Source of the DNA: Eledone cirrhosa
Taxonomy: Eukaryota
NCBI GenBank assembly: GCA_964016885.1
Contig: OZ024740.1
Span: 126,232,001-126,296,000 of the forward strand
DNA length: 64,000 bases
Direction: 5' to 3'
The notes beneath the pieces were generated by a model. That model was not told the DNA's origin. It worked only from the letters and a program-made list of their open reading frames with translations, and did not search any database. Below, piece by piece: positions 26,363-40,980 of the stretch (position 1 is its first letter; every line of letters starts with the position of its first letter). A program made the position numbers and the translations under genes.

Positions 26363-27766
26363 AATGGTTTGTACCGCGATGATGCACTTCTACTCATAGA
26401 ATATAAAAAATTTAATATAGAAAGAACTAGAAAACAACTGCATAAGACATTCAAAAACTTTAACCTTAGTATCACCATGGACAAAAACACTAAAAATGTT
26501 AACTTCCTAGACGCCACACTATACCTAGACTCAAAAATATATACACCTTTCCATAAGCCTAATGAGAAACTTATTTACGTAGATACCAAGTCTAATCATC
26601 CTAGATCAATATTAAACTCTATCTCTAAGGGGGTGTCCAATAGAATCTCTAGTCTGTCCTATGACGCAAACATATTTAGCAAAAACTCACAATATTACAA
26701 TCAAGCATTAGCTAGCTCCGGCCATAATATAGAAATTGAGTTCCTACCTAAGAAAACACATAGCTACAACATCATCTCGCACAACATGTCCATGAGGAAA
26801 TCTAATAATAGGAATAGCAACCACAAGTACACAAAAGCGGAGGGTGCCACCGGAAGTAACCATTACCATGGAAACTACTGTGGGGCCTTAGGAGGAAGCA
26901 ACACACCAAACACTAAAAGCAAAAATAGAAGAAGAAATAATACATTTTTCAACCCTCCTTTCAACCTAAATGTCTCCACCAACATACCTAGGGCTTTCTT
27001 CTCACTACTAGATAAAAACTTCCCTCTAGGACACAAGTACCACAACCTCTTAAACAAAAACACCATTAAAATCTCATACTCTACGACGCCTAACTTAGCA
27101 TACCACATAGCTAGCAGCAATAATAGTAAAATTAGTTCTTACTTCCAACAAACAAAATCAGAACGGGATGCAAACCCTCTAAATACCACTGTAGCAAGCA
27201 ACCATAGCAACGGCAGTAACAATAGAAATAACACTAGTATAAGTAATAACACCAGGGTTGTCAACCCGAACACCCAAATTCCTATATCCACCACACAGAC
27301 TTCCGCATTGCATTATAACCAGCGGACTAACGCACAGGATAATTGTAACTGTAGAGCTAATAGAACCCGCCCTTTAGATAAAAAATGCCTAACCAAGGAT
27401 GTCATATACTCATGCACAGTCACGACTAATAACTCTTCAGAAACCTATGTAGGCTCCACTTCTAACTGCTTCAAAATCAGATATAACTCGCACATCCACT
27501 CGTTCAAAAAGCACAGCCTAGCCAACTCCACCTCACTTTCTAGCTACATACACTATCTAAAATCTAAAAATAAACCATACACACTCAAATGGGAAGTGAT
27601 AGGCAGCGCGTACAAACCACCTAATAAATTCTGTAACCTCTGTATACTAGAGACACACAATATTATCTTCTCCAACCGTAACCTACTTAACAAAAAATCT
27701 GAGGTGTTTGCAACTTGCCAGCACCGCCTCAGACATTCCTTCCAAAACTTTAAGCCCTATATATAG
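26363..27766 (+). CDS. PLE RT C-terminus/thumb plus GIY-YIG endonuclease (5'-truncated open frame)
   Basis: GLYRDDAL (RT motif C), VNFLDATL, SNHP, FFNPPF, KISYSTTPNL, CNC..PL..CL..DVIY..ETYVGST..FKIRY..H, CNLCILE, LLNKKSEVFATCQH. Confidence 0.85.
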   Translation, partial: NGLYRDDALLLIEYKKFNIERTRKQLHKTFKNFNLSITMDKNTKNVNFLDATLYLDSKIYTPFHKPNEKLIYVDTKSNHPRSILNSISKGVSNRISSLSYDANIFSKNSQYYNQALASSGHNIEIEFLPKKTHSYNIISHNMSMRKSNNRNSNHKYTKAEGATGSNHYHGNYCGALGGSNTPNTKSKNRRRNNTFFNPPFNLNVSTNIPRAFFSLLDKNFPLGHKYHNLLNKNTIKISYSTTPNLAYHIASSNNSKISSYFQQTKSERDANPLNTTVASNHSNGSNNRNNTSISNNTRVVNPNTQIPISTTQTSALHYNQRTNAQDNCNCRANRTRPLDKKCLTKDVIYSCTVTTNNSSETYVGSTSNCFKIRYNSHIHSFKKHSLANSTSLSSYIHYLKSKNKPYTLKWEVIGSAYKPPNKFCNLCILETHNIIFSNRNLLNKKSEVFATCQHRLRHSFQNFKPYI

Positions 27767-29186
27767 CAATGTCGGACTGGAACCTAACACCACATCTAGC
27801 ATCAAACACCAGAGACACACCCTATACTACATACCCAACACTAGCTGATCCATTATAACACAAACAACGACATCCCTCTGGAACCCTTCGCAGGGAAAAT
27901 ACCCATTTATACCTCTACGGCAGGTGAGACAACATCCACCCACTTGAACACTACACCGCTCTAAGGGTAATTTGAGCATGAATTGATCGGTTGGATAGTG
28001 TTGGGCAGAAGAAACACCTTCCTTAGACAGATGTAAAATGATTTAATCGAGTAGCGCTGTTGACCAGTAGGACCGGGCTGCTGAGCGCAGTGAGTGAATG
28101 CAATGCAACTGCCGTGCGGGTTGTACGTATATGGATGATCTGACGGTCAGAGAGGGGTCGCGAGGACCGCGGATTGACCTTTGGCCTGCCTGGGGACGAT
28201 TATCTTTCGACATCCAATGTAGCAAGTGATGACCCAGAACTTACCAGTGATCATTGGGTCCTGAAACAATCCTGCAGTCACCGCGCCTGGTCATATGAGC
28301 AGACTACAACCACAGAGATCATTAATTTAGAATCCTCGCTCATCATCTATAATTTCCATTTGTAGCACCATAGGATGGGTTAATCCACCATAATAATATG
28401 ATCACCTTCAGCATAACTTAGTTAAACTACTCTATAGTTAATACACTTTATGCTTTAAAAGTCTCTCTTGGAAGGTGCACTTCACCATAGAATTTAGGGT
28501 CTATATTGGGACACACTTTAATGGCTAGATATAGAAACCCCAGAGTTACCTCCCCGCATGCATTAACTCCCCTTAGCCACACACACACTTCCGGTATTCA
28601 ATGGCGTTTCTCGAAACGTAACAACCTCCTGTATCGAACTAAAGAACACCAGACTACGATCTCTAACTGGATTGTCGTGGATTATGTGAAAGGCATATAA
28701 TCGAAATATACACTCCCCTGACCATGAAAATGCCGAAGTACATGAAATACTTGACATCCCTGCGCTGTGGATCTCCAATACTTATAACACTTTTAATGCT
28801 TGCACTATCTTTAATGCGTATAATATTTCTCCACACACAGACTATATCAATCATATAAAGATTTTGCCACCAGATCTACCAACCTAACACTCTTATTTAC
28901 CTACCTTAGTGCCTCTACCACACATATCTCTCTGCCACACTATATAAACAAGACGCACATGCGTGCCACTATATAACCACTTATCTTCATGTTGTACTTT
29001 AACCTATATCTTTGATTTTTGATTGTACCTATTAATATAAATGTAATCTCGAAGTGTGTACTGCCACTCTAAATTCTGTAATGAATGTTGACCCACAATG
29101 TTTGAATATGTATCAATGTTTGAATATGTATTGGTATGTCTCTCGGCTGAAAAGGAGGTCATATAACTGTCCATGCATTAATAAAT

Positions 29187-29233
29187 TGCTCCGAAGAATG
29201 CAAACCTCGGTTTGGAGGAAACAGCTGTAAGCA
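29187..29233 (+). ncRNA. Minimal hammerhead ribozyme (CCGAAGA variant) in the PLE pLTR
   Basis: tgct CCGAAGA atg caaacc tc ggtttg gag GAAA cagctg TA agca. Confidence 0.75.
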
Positions 29234-29290
29234 CAATAATGTTTTGAGCAGTTCTTTGATTCTTATATTTCATATATATATATATATATA

Positions 29291-29542
29291 TTAAAGAGTT
29301 AAGCAAGATTCAATTACATCAAAGAATGAGTTTTACAGTAGATTGGAAGCACTCTACAATAAAATAATTTTCCAGAGTTTTTAATATTAAAATACAAATA
29401 TTAATAAAATAGATGTTCTTTTGATCAATAAAATTTTATTATACATATTTCAGAGGTACAACAGTACGTCCTGTTGTACCTCTGAAATATGTATAATAAA
29501 ATTTAATTGATCAAAAGAACATCTATTTTATTAATATTTGTA

Positions 29543-29552
<10 letters not shown>
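29291..29552. repeat. Palindromic PLE-derived insert centred on HHR stem II
   Basis: tttc agaggtacaacag TACGTC ctgttgtacctct GAAA tat GTA. Arms ~29382-29552, the left arm extends further. TA-flanked. Confidence 0.85.
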
Positions 29553-29590
<38 letters not shown>

Positions 29591-31494
29591 TGTGTGTCTG
29601 TGTCTATATATGTCTGTTTGCATGCATGAATAAATACACTAAGCTTTAGATTTAGTAGAATGTTCAACTACTGATTCCAGCTATTTGTAATATCATATAT
29701 TTTGGTTTCTAGTAATTCCCAGGGGGAATTGGTTGACCAAACGCTTTGTTTAATTGTTTTATTTATTCATTAAAAAAAATGTATTCTATCTCTTAGATTT
29801 CAGGTATTTTTTTAAAGGAAAGCATTGGCCCCTAAATTACTACAGTGGGGCCTGCTATGTTACTGTGGGCTCTTGAAATGCAACCGTGGGCTGCGGTGGC
29901 CCACTCGCCATTGGGCAAACTGGTAACCTGGTCAGTCCTCCACTGCTTACACCCAGTCCAGAGCTTCGAAAATCTACCGTGTTAGCTACAACAACATCGG
30001 CCTTAAAGCAGGAAAAAGTAGATTAAGTGTTGGCGTGGTCGCTTCTACGCTTTGCTCGCCACTGTTGGCGCGAAAGAACAGATAATGATATTTGTGCGAT
30101 TGAGGTGTTGGAAATTATGACCTAAAAACATTCTCTAGATATATTCTAAGCTAATCTGTGGTTTGAACTCATATCTATAAATCAAATTTCTTACACACTG
30201 CATTTCTCTTGACTGGCGGAATGTTATGACAAAGAAGACTGTGACCAAATATAGTATTTCAATCTGTGATCATGAATAATCCTTTAATCGCCCTGTCCTC
30301 TATCTAGCCCATAAATCATACAAGTCCGTATTTTCATGAGTACAGTCCCTCCAATTTCCTAAAATGTTTCTCTTTGAACTATAGAACAAGTTCAGCCAAT
30401 AACATGTCTTACTCTAGCAGTACCATGAATACCTGAAGCCCATTTGCTATTATTCACTTCACTCCCCCTTCTTCCCTTTCTACACGAACATAACTAAATA
30501 TTATTTCATTTAGTTTTGACGAATTGCCGAACTCGGACATATTACCAATGAGTGAATAGAAAAGAGGTATCCCTATACAGCTCTCGTAGATGATTACCTG
30601 CAATGAAACAGATGTTTAGATTACTTAATCAAATAAATCTTTTTTTTTCAAATTTCTCATCACATTTTGCTGTTTTTACTAATACACTATTCTTATACTA
30701 AATATAAATATATTTGTGTGTGTGTATGCGCGTGTGTGTGTGTATGTGTGTGCGTGTGTGTATGTGTGTGGAAGAGGGAAGAGGGTCTTATAATATATAA
30801 ATTTGAATTGTGAACACTGTACAAACGCGAATACAAATCTCAGGGTTTTATAAATGAATAAAAAAAATAATAACCAGGATTAAATTAAATTTGATCATTT
30901 AATAGATTGATAAACGTTTCAATTGGCATAAGACAAATATTCATTCTGTTATATTTGTTTGTACTTGGACTTGTGTTAGTTTTATGGACATATTTTGGTA
31001 AATATTAAAGTTATTTAATAGATTTTGATGAGATTAATATAGCAGGAATGAATATCTTTGTTATGTTAATCGAAACGTTCACCGAACACCTAATGATTTA
31101 ATTTCGTTTAATCATGGTTATGTTTTGTTCATTTATTTATATGCTCTGTAATATTGTAAAACTAATGTGATTGGAAATTTGTGCTTTGAAATATTCTTTG
31201 CCATGATGTGGTTGCTTTTCAACTCATCTAAATTCTTATACATAGAGGAGACAGAGGATTTGCTTCGAAGTCACTAGACGAATCTGAGGAACTTTCGAAT
31301 CCAGAGTCAGGTTCGATCCACAAATAGATCGCACCACGAATTGTTGGCAGGAGAAACAATTGTAATACGCTAATAAATTGGGTTCCGATGCACCTCTGAT
31401 TCTTCGTTTTCCATATTAATATACTCTGTTCCGTTGGAGCATAGAGTGCTCAACTGCCATACCACCTATGGACGCATCCAAGCTACCTTACTAC

Positions 31495-31556
<62 letters not shown>

Positions 31557-31559
31557 AAT

Positions 31560-33170
31560 AATGAAAATATTGTGTACAGTGCTCAGGTGCACTACAACTC
31601 ATCAAAAGTGTAGGTATAGTACATAGAGTAATGTACAAACGTCAGGAAAATGAACAGTGCATGAGTCATGATATACACATGTGTGCATGTGTATGGAAGG
31701 GGTACATCGGGTGTAGTTTTGCGAATTTCGGGAAGCCTGAGGGTTTTAAAGGATGGGCAGCTAACAACTGACGCAGGCAGTTTGTTCCATGCTTCAGCAA
31801 CTCTAAGCTTGAAAAAATGTTTCTGAAAGTCATGGGAGCTGTGCTGTTTTCTGATTTTGTAGGCATGTCCACGTGTGTTAGACACATGGAGATCAAAAAT
31901 GTGCTCAGGGTTGTTGTTAGCAAGATGGTTAATAACTTTATGGGTGTGCCAAGTCCATTGCCAGACGTGTGAGTTTCAATGAATCTATGCCCAGGGAAGC
32001 AAGGCGTTCAGAGTATGGTAGGTGTCTGATGAGGGTATGCACTTGGTTGCACCTCTCTGAACAGTTTCCAGGAGGTGAATGTTATGAGCAAGATAGGGGT
32101 TCCAGACAGATGATGCAAATTCCAAGTGTGGTCGTACAATAGCTGTATACAGCTTTCAATAGATGGCTGGAGAGCGGCTAACAAAGGTCTTGCTGAGTGA
32201 GGCTAAGACACCCTCGGCCTTCTTTTAGAAATTTTAGAGACGTGCTTTGTCCAACGCAAATCGCTGCTGACAGTAATGCCCAGGTCACGTTCACAAGAAG
32301 ACTTCTTGATATCAGTGTTGTGGAGGGAGTATGTGGACGCTTCAGTTGCCAGTCTGTGATCCATTGGTGCATTGTATCCAGGTCTGATTATAGGAAAGGG
32401 TTGTAGATTTCAGGATCAGTCCTTTTGATTTCAAGGTACAGCTTGAGGTCATCTGCATATTCCAGTACCGTGGCATTCTTTAAGTTGGCATCTATGTCAT
32501 TAATATATGCCACAAAAAAAAGGGGACCAAGCACAGATCCCTGTGGTAATCCAGATGACATCTCATATGGTGAAGAATGCTGTCCTAGAACCGTGACTAC
32601 CTCCTTTCGGCTGAGAATGAAATATTTAAACCAATTAAAAAGATCATCCCTCACACCCATTGCAGAGAGTTTCGCCATACGTCTTTTGTGTGGCACAGAA
32701 TTAAAAGCCTTAGCGAAGTCAAGGTAAACAACATCCACCCATGAGCCGCTGTCAGTGATCCGGGTAATGTCTTCAAGGAACTCGATAAGCTGATCACAGC
32801 AGCTGGAGTTAGGGATAAATCTCCAGAAGTTCCAAAGTGTGTCTGACACAGGATTACATCAGTTTGGCAATATAGCTAGTAAGACTGACTGGACGATATT
32901 TGACAGGTGACGTGCGGTCGTCCTTTTTGAACAGGGGAATGACACTGGCAGTTTTCTACTGCTCCGGAGTAGCACCATTGTTGAGACAGTATTGAAATAA
33001 GAAAGAAAGCTGGTGCAAAAGGAAGTACCCGCCACGTTTGAGAAGCAGGTATGTACCACCATCAAGACCAGGGGAGGCATAGTTGAGCTTATTCTTAAGG
33101 TGACGTCGCAGCATTGCAGGTGTAAATTCCATAGTTGTTATGGAATTTGATGTTAGAGATGGTACATATA
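31560..33170 (-). mobile_element. 5'-truncated CR1-clade LINE, degenerate
   Basis: SPGLDG, VDVVYLDFAKAFNSVPHKR, SGLPQGSVLGPLFF, YADDLKL, TRGHAYKI..FF.LRV..AWNKLP. The 3' end abuts (TA)n. Confidence 0.9.
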
Positions 33171-33714
33171 GAATAAGGAAATACAAAGTAGTTTAGATGT
33201 TAAATAACTTGATTATTGAAATTATCTCTCCGATTTTTATTCGGATCTTTAAAATGAACACAATTCAAATCTGGATAAGTGGTACAGTTTTGGGAGAAAA
33301 TAAGAATAATTTATTCATAAAGTTACCACAGTTGGAGACGATATTTTCTGTAACATATATATATATATGATCGATAGATAGATTAATATTGATATATATT
33401 CAAAAGAAAAGATACGGTTTCACATATTAAACTTTATCAAACTTATTATGTACATATCTAATAAACCTTCCAGTGTCTGAAATGTTGACATCCCTAGCAA
33501 ACCAAACCCAAAACGACATTGGATGACTGATACGTGATTACATTTTATTATAAGAAGATGAATGTGTGCAGCCGCCTCTCTTCTTCATATAGCTACTCTA
33601 TCAGCTAACATGCACAAAATAACTTATGATATCTATGACTTGGAGTGCTTGTTTCATCACCTGCTCCGGTAATAGAACTCACAAGCCAGTTCCCTAACCA
33701 CTGAGTGATGCGTC

Positions 33715-33836
<122 letters not shown>

Positions 33837-33943
33837 TAATGGATGAATAGCTAAGATGAAAAACATAAAACATTTTACTCTTCTAATAGAAGTTTCTAAA
33901 AGGACAAGGAGAACAATTTTAAAGAAGAAATAACATTACTTAT

Positions 33944-34094
33944 AACGTTGCTGGTTTCATCATTGGTATCTAGATGTGCTAATATACCCACCAAATCTGC
34001 TTATATACACAATATATATAAATATTGGTTATATAATACCAGATTTGGTTAATATATAACAAATCCAGATAGAAATGATGAAACCAGCAATGTT
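33944..34094. repeat. Imperfect palindrome TTTC..GAAAC with a short TA run at its centre
   Basis: aacgttgctggtttcatcatt..ccaaatctg..cagatttgg..aatgatgaaaccagcaatgtt. Confidence 0.7.
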
Positions 34095-34099
34095 TATCA

Positions 34100-34800
34100 A
34101 CAACCGGCAATATCTATTCCTTAAACATCGACACTTATAAGAAATTTATAATTAAGGAACTGCATAAAACATCGAAAAAAGAATAAATCTAATAATTCTA
34201 TCAATATGGAGAGCCTAGCTGTAGTAAATTAGGTATAGCTGACCAAACCGAATCATATGTACCCCGACAACAAACATTCAACTTAAACGACCACAAACAT
34301 AGATTATAGTCTAACCTGTCTGTTAGATTAATATTCCCTTCGAAGTCTGACAAGACGTATTAGTAAAAACATATTAGATATTGTATTAAACAGATGATAA
34401 ATACGTTTTCGATTAAACTGTGGGTCAAAACTAAGGAAGTAATGGCCAGGTTCACCGGAATAAGGACCGGGTATCATCTAAGTTTATCCAATAGATGATT
34501 ATTATTCCTCTATCACACCGGTTCTTTTAAATAATGCCCTTATGTTCGCTATGCGCAACTCTAACTTAACTAGGGAACAACTAGATATAGTTCTGACTAC
34601 GAGACGCTCAGTAATACAGTTTTATACGGAATATTGGACACATAGAGATAAAAACCATGATTTTGAATGACCTATAGTTTCAAGTGACTCGGCCCAGGTT
34701 ACGGACATTGTAGGAATTTCACGCATAACCTATTTCAGGAATTTATTGACCTTCAGAGCTGAATATATAGAGTTGACGCTCAATGTGTTAGGAATATCTC
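34100..34800 (+). mobile_element. Decayed PLE RT fragment (Naiad-like)
   Basis: Across frames: FNLNDHK..VRLIFPSKSD..ISKNILD, YSSITPVLLNNALMFA, SSDSAQVTDIVG, IYRVDA. Confidence 0.7.
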
Positions 34801-36379
34801 TTCTCTCTTCTACACTACCGATTACTCTATATCATTACAATATGTTTACCTGACCAACAATAGTTCTCAGTTTTAACTTTCCTCGACTTAAAAATCTACT
34901 AATCTTCTCATTGGTCATTTGAACAGTAATCGCGCCTCCCGCATACAAATCTAGTATTTATAATTGTTATTCATATACATTTTCTTTATGGTTAACCTTT
35001 TTGATTTTCTCTGTATACCAAAGTAAAATCTGTATTTCGATAGTGGTGTTCATTACAGAAATGTGGAAAGCTACAATTAAGATTATAACCAACTTTTTTC
35101 CAGATAATTCTGTTTCTGATGACGAGCAATTCCAGACACGTAATGCATAAGGATGAACATTATACAATGTAGTCAATTGATGTAGACTGCTCCATAATTG
35201 TGTAGAAATATAAATTTAAGATAAATTACGCACACATTTCTTCTGTCCCCATCTTCCTGCCTGTTTTTCCTAGCACAATATATATATACATAATATATTA
35301 TATAATATTGTATTTACTTGGTTATATTAATTGAGAAACAAAATAGTTTTTTATACTTATATAGAGAGAGAGCACACATTTAAAACCTACTCTTTGGTGT
35401 TAAAATAGTGCTGTGCTTACATACAGATTTAGATGCACTTACATAGGCAAATTTGTTTCTTAGAGTCAGAGAAACTGAAAGATTACCATTGAATACAGTA
35501 ATTAGTATCAATCATCAATTATTGATTTTGGTTAACATCAATAAGACCATGATTCTCTTCGTTAGTATGTTTAAGTTTTGGCTAAATGTATCACTCACGC
35601 TGCATTAAAATACTAATAATCTACCATTGGAAGAAAAATATTTAAATAATCTGCACATGGTTTAAATGTAACGATTTATAGAAGGGTACATAACACAGGA
35701 TAGATCTTAAGTAGTGCTAGAAAGAGCTCTAAGTGAATACATGTCAATCAACTCAAACTAATTTAGAGAAATTAAGAGTAGAGATAATTTAATTTTAGTT
35801 TTAAAAATACACAAAATATTTATCGATAATGTTTTACAGTAAAAAAGCTCAATAAACCTATGTTCAGAGCATCTATATTATTATTGTAAGCGTGGATATA
35901 TCAATTGAGATACAAATTAGTACTTTGTACATATATATAGAGCAAATGATATGTAGATTTAAATACAAATTTAAAATCATACTCTTAAGTGGTAAAATAT
36001 GATGTAGACAGATGTATAGACAGATCGTATAGACAGATCGGTTTCTGAGAATCAAGAAATTTGCCATCAATTACCGTAATTAGTATTGTGCACCAATTAT
36101 AGATTTTGGTAAACATCATTAAGTCCATGAATCTCTTCGTCAGTACATCTATGTCAATGCTAAATATATCTCTCAAGCTGCATTTTAATGCAGCGTGAAA
36201 GATATAAAATTAACACACACACACAAACACGCACACACACACACACACACGTGCACAAACACACGTGCACACACACACACGTATGCACACACACAAGTAT
36301 GCACACACGCACACCCATGCACATACATGCACACACACGTGCACACATACAAACAAACGAATATATATATATATATATA

Positions 36380-36579
36380 AGTTTATCTCGGGTTCAATCG
36401 GGGAAACAACAGTAAGTAAGGTACTCAATACAAAGCAGAATATAAATATTTAGTATAGAAAAGCTTCTAAAGGGCTAGAACTGTTTCATTCATGAGAAAT
36501 CATCAGAAAACTGACGCGAGTCAGCTTCCTGGTGATTTCTCATGAATGAAACGGTTCTAGTCTTGTAGAAGCTTTTATA
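36380..36579. repeat. Palindromic PLE-derived insert centred on a stem II with a GCGA tetraloop
   Basis: tttc attcatgagaaatcatcagaaaactgac GCGA gtcagcttcctggtgatttctcatgaat GAAA cggttc. Arms ~36455-36579. Confidence 0.75.
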
Positions 36580-36935
36580 TCTTTATATATATAAAAGCGA
36601 GGATGTGTGTGTGTCTGTGTACAATTTTGGATACCTAAGGCTTTTACAATTACCAACCGAATTTGATCAAATTTTCTGTGCACGTTGCACAGTTCGCAAA
36701 GATGCTCACACCACAAACATTTTTCCAATTGACCCACGTTTAGCAATACAAAATCGATATCAAAATTATCGGTAGCAAAATTGATGTAAGGGAGATAACC
36801 AACTTTATTGACAATCCTTATGAAGAGACTGCTTATTTTGACAGGTTGGGGACAAATAATGTTCTTCTTTTATTTCCTAGCTGTATATTCTTAGCATAAT
36901 TTCAAACTCCGAGAAGCGCCGGGTAAATCTGGTAG
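36580..36935 (+). mobile_element. Non-autonomous Helitron-like element
   Basis: 5' TCTTTATATATATAAAA followed by (TG)n. The 3' end has a GC hairpin ccgagaagcgccggg and a degenerate CTAG (gtag) then T. Confidence 0.6.
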
Positions 36936-36970
36936 TTATATATATCTATATCTATATATCTATATGTATA

Positions 36971-37091
<121 letters not shown>

Positions 37092-37118
37092 CTCTCTCTC
37101 TATATATATATATATATA

Positions 37119-37162
<44 letters not shown>

Positions 37163-37199
37163 CACACACACACACGCATACACACACGCACATATATAT

Positions 37200-37812
<613 letters not shown>

Positions 37813-37989
37813 AGGATTTCTTATTTCGTGACAGGCGACATAATGTATAACAAAACAAAAACGGAGGTAGTTGTGGTCTTTGTCGTTGTCTGTTTTAAAT
37901 CCACAATGGGGTAAAAATGTTTGTGGTCATGATGCTGAGGACTATGACAACTGTGACGCCGAGAGTGACGTCGAAAGTGTCGGCGACGT

Positions 37990-38012
37990 CGATGATGATA
38001 ACAGTGGTGATG

Positions 38013-38044
<32 letters not shown>

Positions 38045-38135
38045 GATGATGATTATGATGATTGTGATAATGATGAAGATGATTATGTTGATGATGCTGG
38101 TGCTGATGATGGTAATACTGATGATGATGTTGATG
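37990..38135. repeat. Degenerate (GAT)n microsatellite
   Basis: Direct reading of the sequence. Confidence 0.85.
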
Positions 38136-39714
38136 ATAGGGAGGAAAGGAATCGTTATGATACAGAAGTATTTTTTTATCTCATGGGTTAAAATAATTAT
38201 CGAAACATATGTACATGAGGCGAACACTGTTGTTATTCTGTTTTTTGCACATCATTAAATGTCCACAATCAGACGTTCTCGCCTTTAATCCTACCGAATT
38301 TTATAATATAAATAGAAGTATCACACAGTTAGTACCAATAAATTATTATATTACATTTCTCTGAAAATTGGCCTTAAAAATATCACTAAAACCGAAATGT
38401 TTCTTGATGTTAGAAATGAAATCCAATTAATTTAAACCAACTGGTAAAAAAATACAACAACCAAAAACAATGAATATATTTTTATTGATTGTTACAAGCA
38501 AGTCGTCTATAATTATCATTCAAATAAAGAATACTGTCTATGAGTTATTTTAAACACGTTGTCATTACTGCATAGGCCTCGTCGGCAATTTCTTGACAGT
38601 GATCAATCCGTACAAACAAAACAGTTTGATTCCAGCATTGCATAGCATCCAATTAGGAGAAAGTTTATAACTGCCGAGAGAAGTATTATTTTCTTTAATA
38701 CTATAATATATTCGACCTCAACTCATTTCTTCTCAACTATGGTAAGGCCGCACCATACACTATTTAACTGTTATTATATCTCTTAATGAACGGCCCCGTA
38801 GATTTATGGAAATTTCGTTCTCTTTCATCTAGTCTTATCTTTAAAATTGTCCCTAACAGATAGTTTGCCTACATGGATTTTCAGTTATCCAAACGAATAC
38901 GGCATCGGACTAAAACGAAGATTTGATTGTTTTGTGCCGTATTACAAAATTATAGGCTCACACATTTGGAGTGTATTCTGTGGTAATTCATCTGTATTTG
39001 GTTTGTTCACGTAACAATGATGATTCATCACACAGACGGCTTCAAAGAACGAAATAATTGTATAATTAACCCTAATTCAATTGTGAGAGGTGATTTCTGA
39101 ATCGTACTACTGACGAGTCGAAACAACACAATTCCTCCATTTCATTGAATTGGACTAATTCCACCTAAATTTAGTGATTTTCTTGGATGTAAGGTTTCAG
39201 TTTGATAAGCGGTAACATCAACCGTACGTTAAATTCTCAACGCAGATACAACTATAGGCCACGACTCAGTAAATATTATATTAAGTAATATCATGAATCA
39301 AAATCATGTATGTATATGTTGACATGTTATTAAGATATGGTTTATCCCAATTTCACGTAGGAACTTCCACAGATTATCCTGATTGGTCCTCCATTCCTTA
39401 TTACAATATTTAAAATATATATTTTGAGCAACTTCTTTTTCTGAAAAACTACATTGTTTCAAAACTTACGCTTGTATAACATGATATTATATATCAAATG
39501 AATGAAACCATGTGTTCTAATTTAAATATCTTCTGTAATTCTAATTCTCAATTCAAAATATTCTTTCAGAGCTAAATTACTCTCTATATTTTCCAAAACG
39601 TAATTTTCCATCTTTATTCATTGAATACGTTTGGATGTTAGCGTACTCTCATCATATATCTTTACAAAGTGCAACATATTTAAACAAACTTCATTCATTG
39701 CTATATTTCTCTAG

Positions 39715-39918
39715 GGCAGTATCTGTAGAGAGTCAGACGCCATTTTTTGCAGCATAGAGTTACATCCCTTTATGATCTGAGTTCAAATCCCGCCGAGGTT
39801 AACTTTGCCTTTCATCTTTACGGGGTCGATAAAATAAAGTACCAGTCGCGCACTGGGGTCGATTTAATCCACTTCCCCCCAAAAAACATTGCTCTCCTTG
39901 TGCCTATATAACAAACCA
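39715..39918 (+). mobile_element. tRNA-derived SINE
   Basis: Same family as 2102-2330. Degenerate TSD tgctatatttctct / tactatatttttct. Confidence 0.85.
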
Positions 39919-40762
39919 TTACTATATTTTTCTGATTAATTATCTTAAATAATGTGTATATAACGTTTCAGCTATTTAGAAAACAATAATTTTAAGAGAT
40001 GATCAAATTCCGACCGATAAGCCGAACTTTCAAAGTATTGTCTAGGCTCTGTGTGAATTGTACAACTGGAAAATGAGCTTAATATTTAATCACAGAAACT
40101 CGCAGTTGTAAATGGTAACCTCTTGTTTGAATAGCTGAGTAGTTCAGAAAGTGGGGTCACTAATCTCTAATATTATGAAATACCCTCATTTTCATAGCAA
40201 GCCTACTAGATTCACGGCTCTATAATATCATATATTCAAAAATATATTAGCATATATTTTTCCTCTTTTATCATTATGGTTATATTTATGAGCAGAAAAC
40301 AGCATACCATAGTATCTCAGCTCAGATAGATAATGGGAGTAGGTCCGAGTTATTCAGTGGAAAACTCAACACCGTTTATTAAACAATATCTATGGAAAAT
40401 TCATATTTATAGTTTTATAACTGTAAGGGTTTGACGTCAAATCCTGACGGAAACAAAAGATTTTCACTACTGTAGGTTTTACGAAAGATTTGTGCTATTA
40501 ATATCTCTTCATTGGCTGAATCCAATATATCTTTCTCTAACCTTCTACTTAGTTAGAAATCAATATTACAAGTAACGAAATCAGGAAAGCATTCGACGGC
40601 GACTAAATTAATATTTAACAGTAATATGAAATCTGTATATAGATGTACGCATCGAATATTTACAATACATTATCCGGAACACAATAAGACTAATTAAATG
40701 TCTGCTGTGCTAATTCAGAAGGTAAAAATATCTTTTAGTTTGTCTGTCCGTTTCTACAATAG

Positions 40763-40980
40763 GTATGTATGTATGTATGTATGTATGTATGTATGTATGT
40801 ATGTATGTATGTATGTATGTATGTATGTATGTATGTATGTATGTATGTATGTATGTATGTATGTATGTATGTATGTATGTATGTGTGTATGTATGTATAT
40901 CTGTATGTATGTATGTATCTGCGTATGTACGTTCGTATGTGGTGTGTATGTATGTATGTGTGTATGTATGTATGCATGTC
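40763..40980. repeat. (TATG)n microsatellite
   Basis: Direct reading of the sequence. Confidence 0.95.

Noticed and set aside
37871-38191. Acidic Asp-rich ORF as a host exon
   Set aside because: It is explained by a decayed (GAT)n tract, with no supporting splice structure or domain.
39106-39130. CTGACGA-gtc-GAAAC hammerhead-like core
   Set aside because: There is no stem II, no stem III/NUH and no stem I, so it is likely chance.
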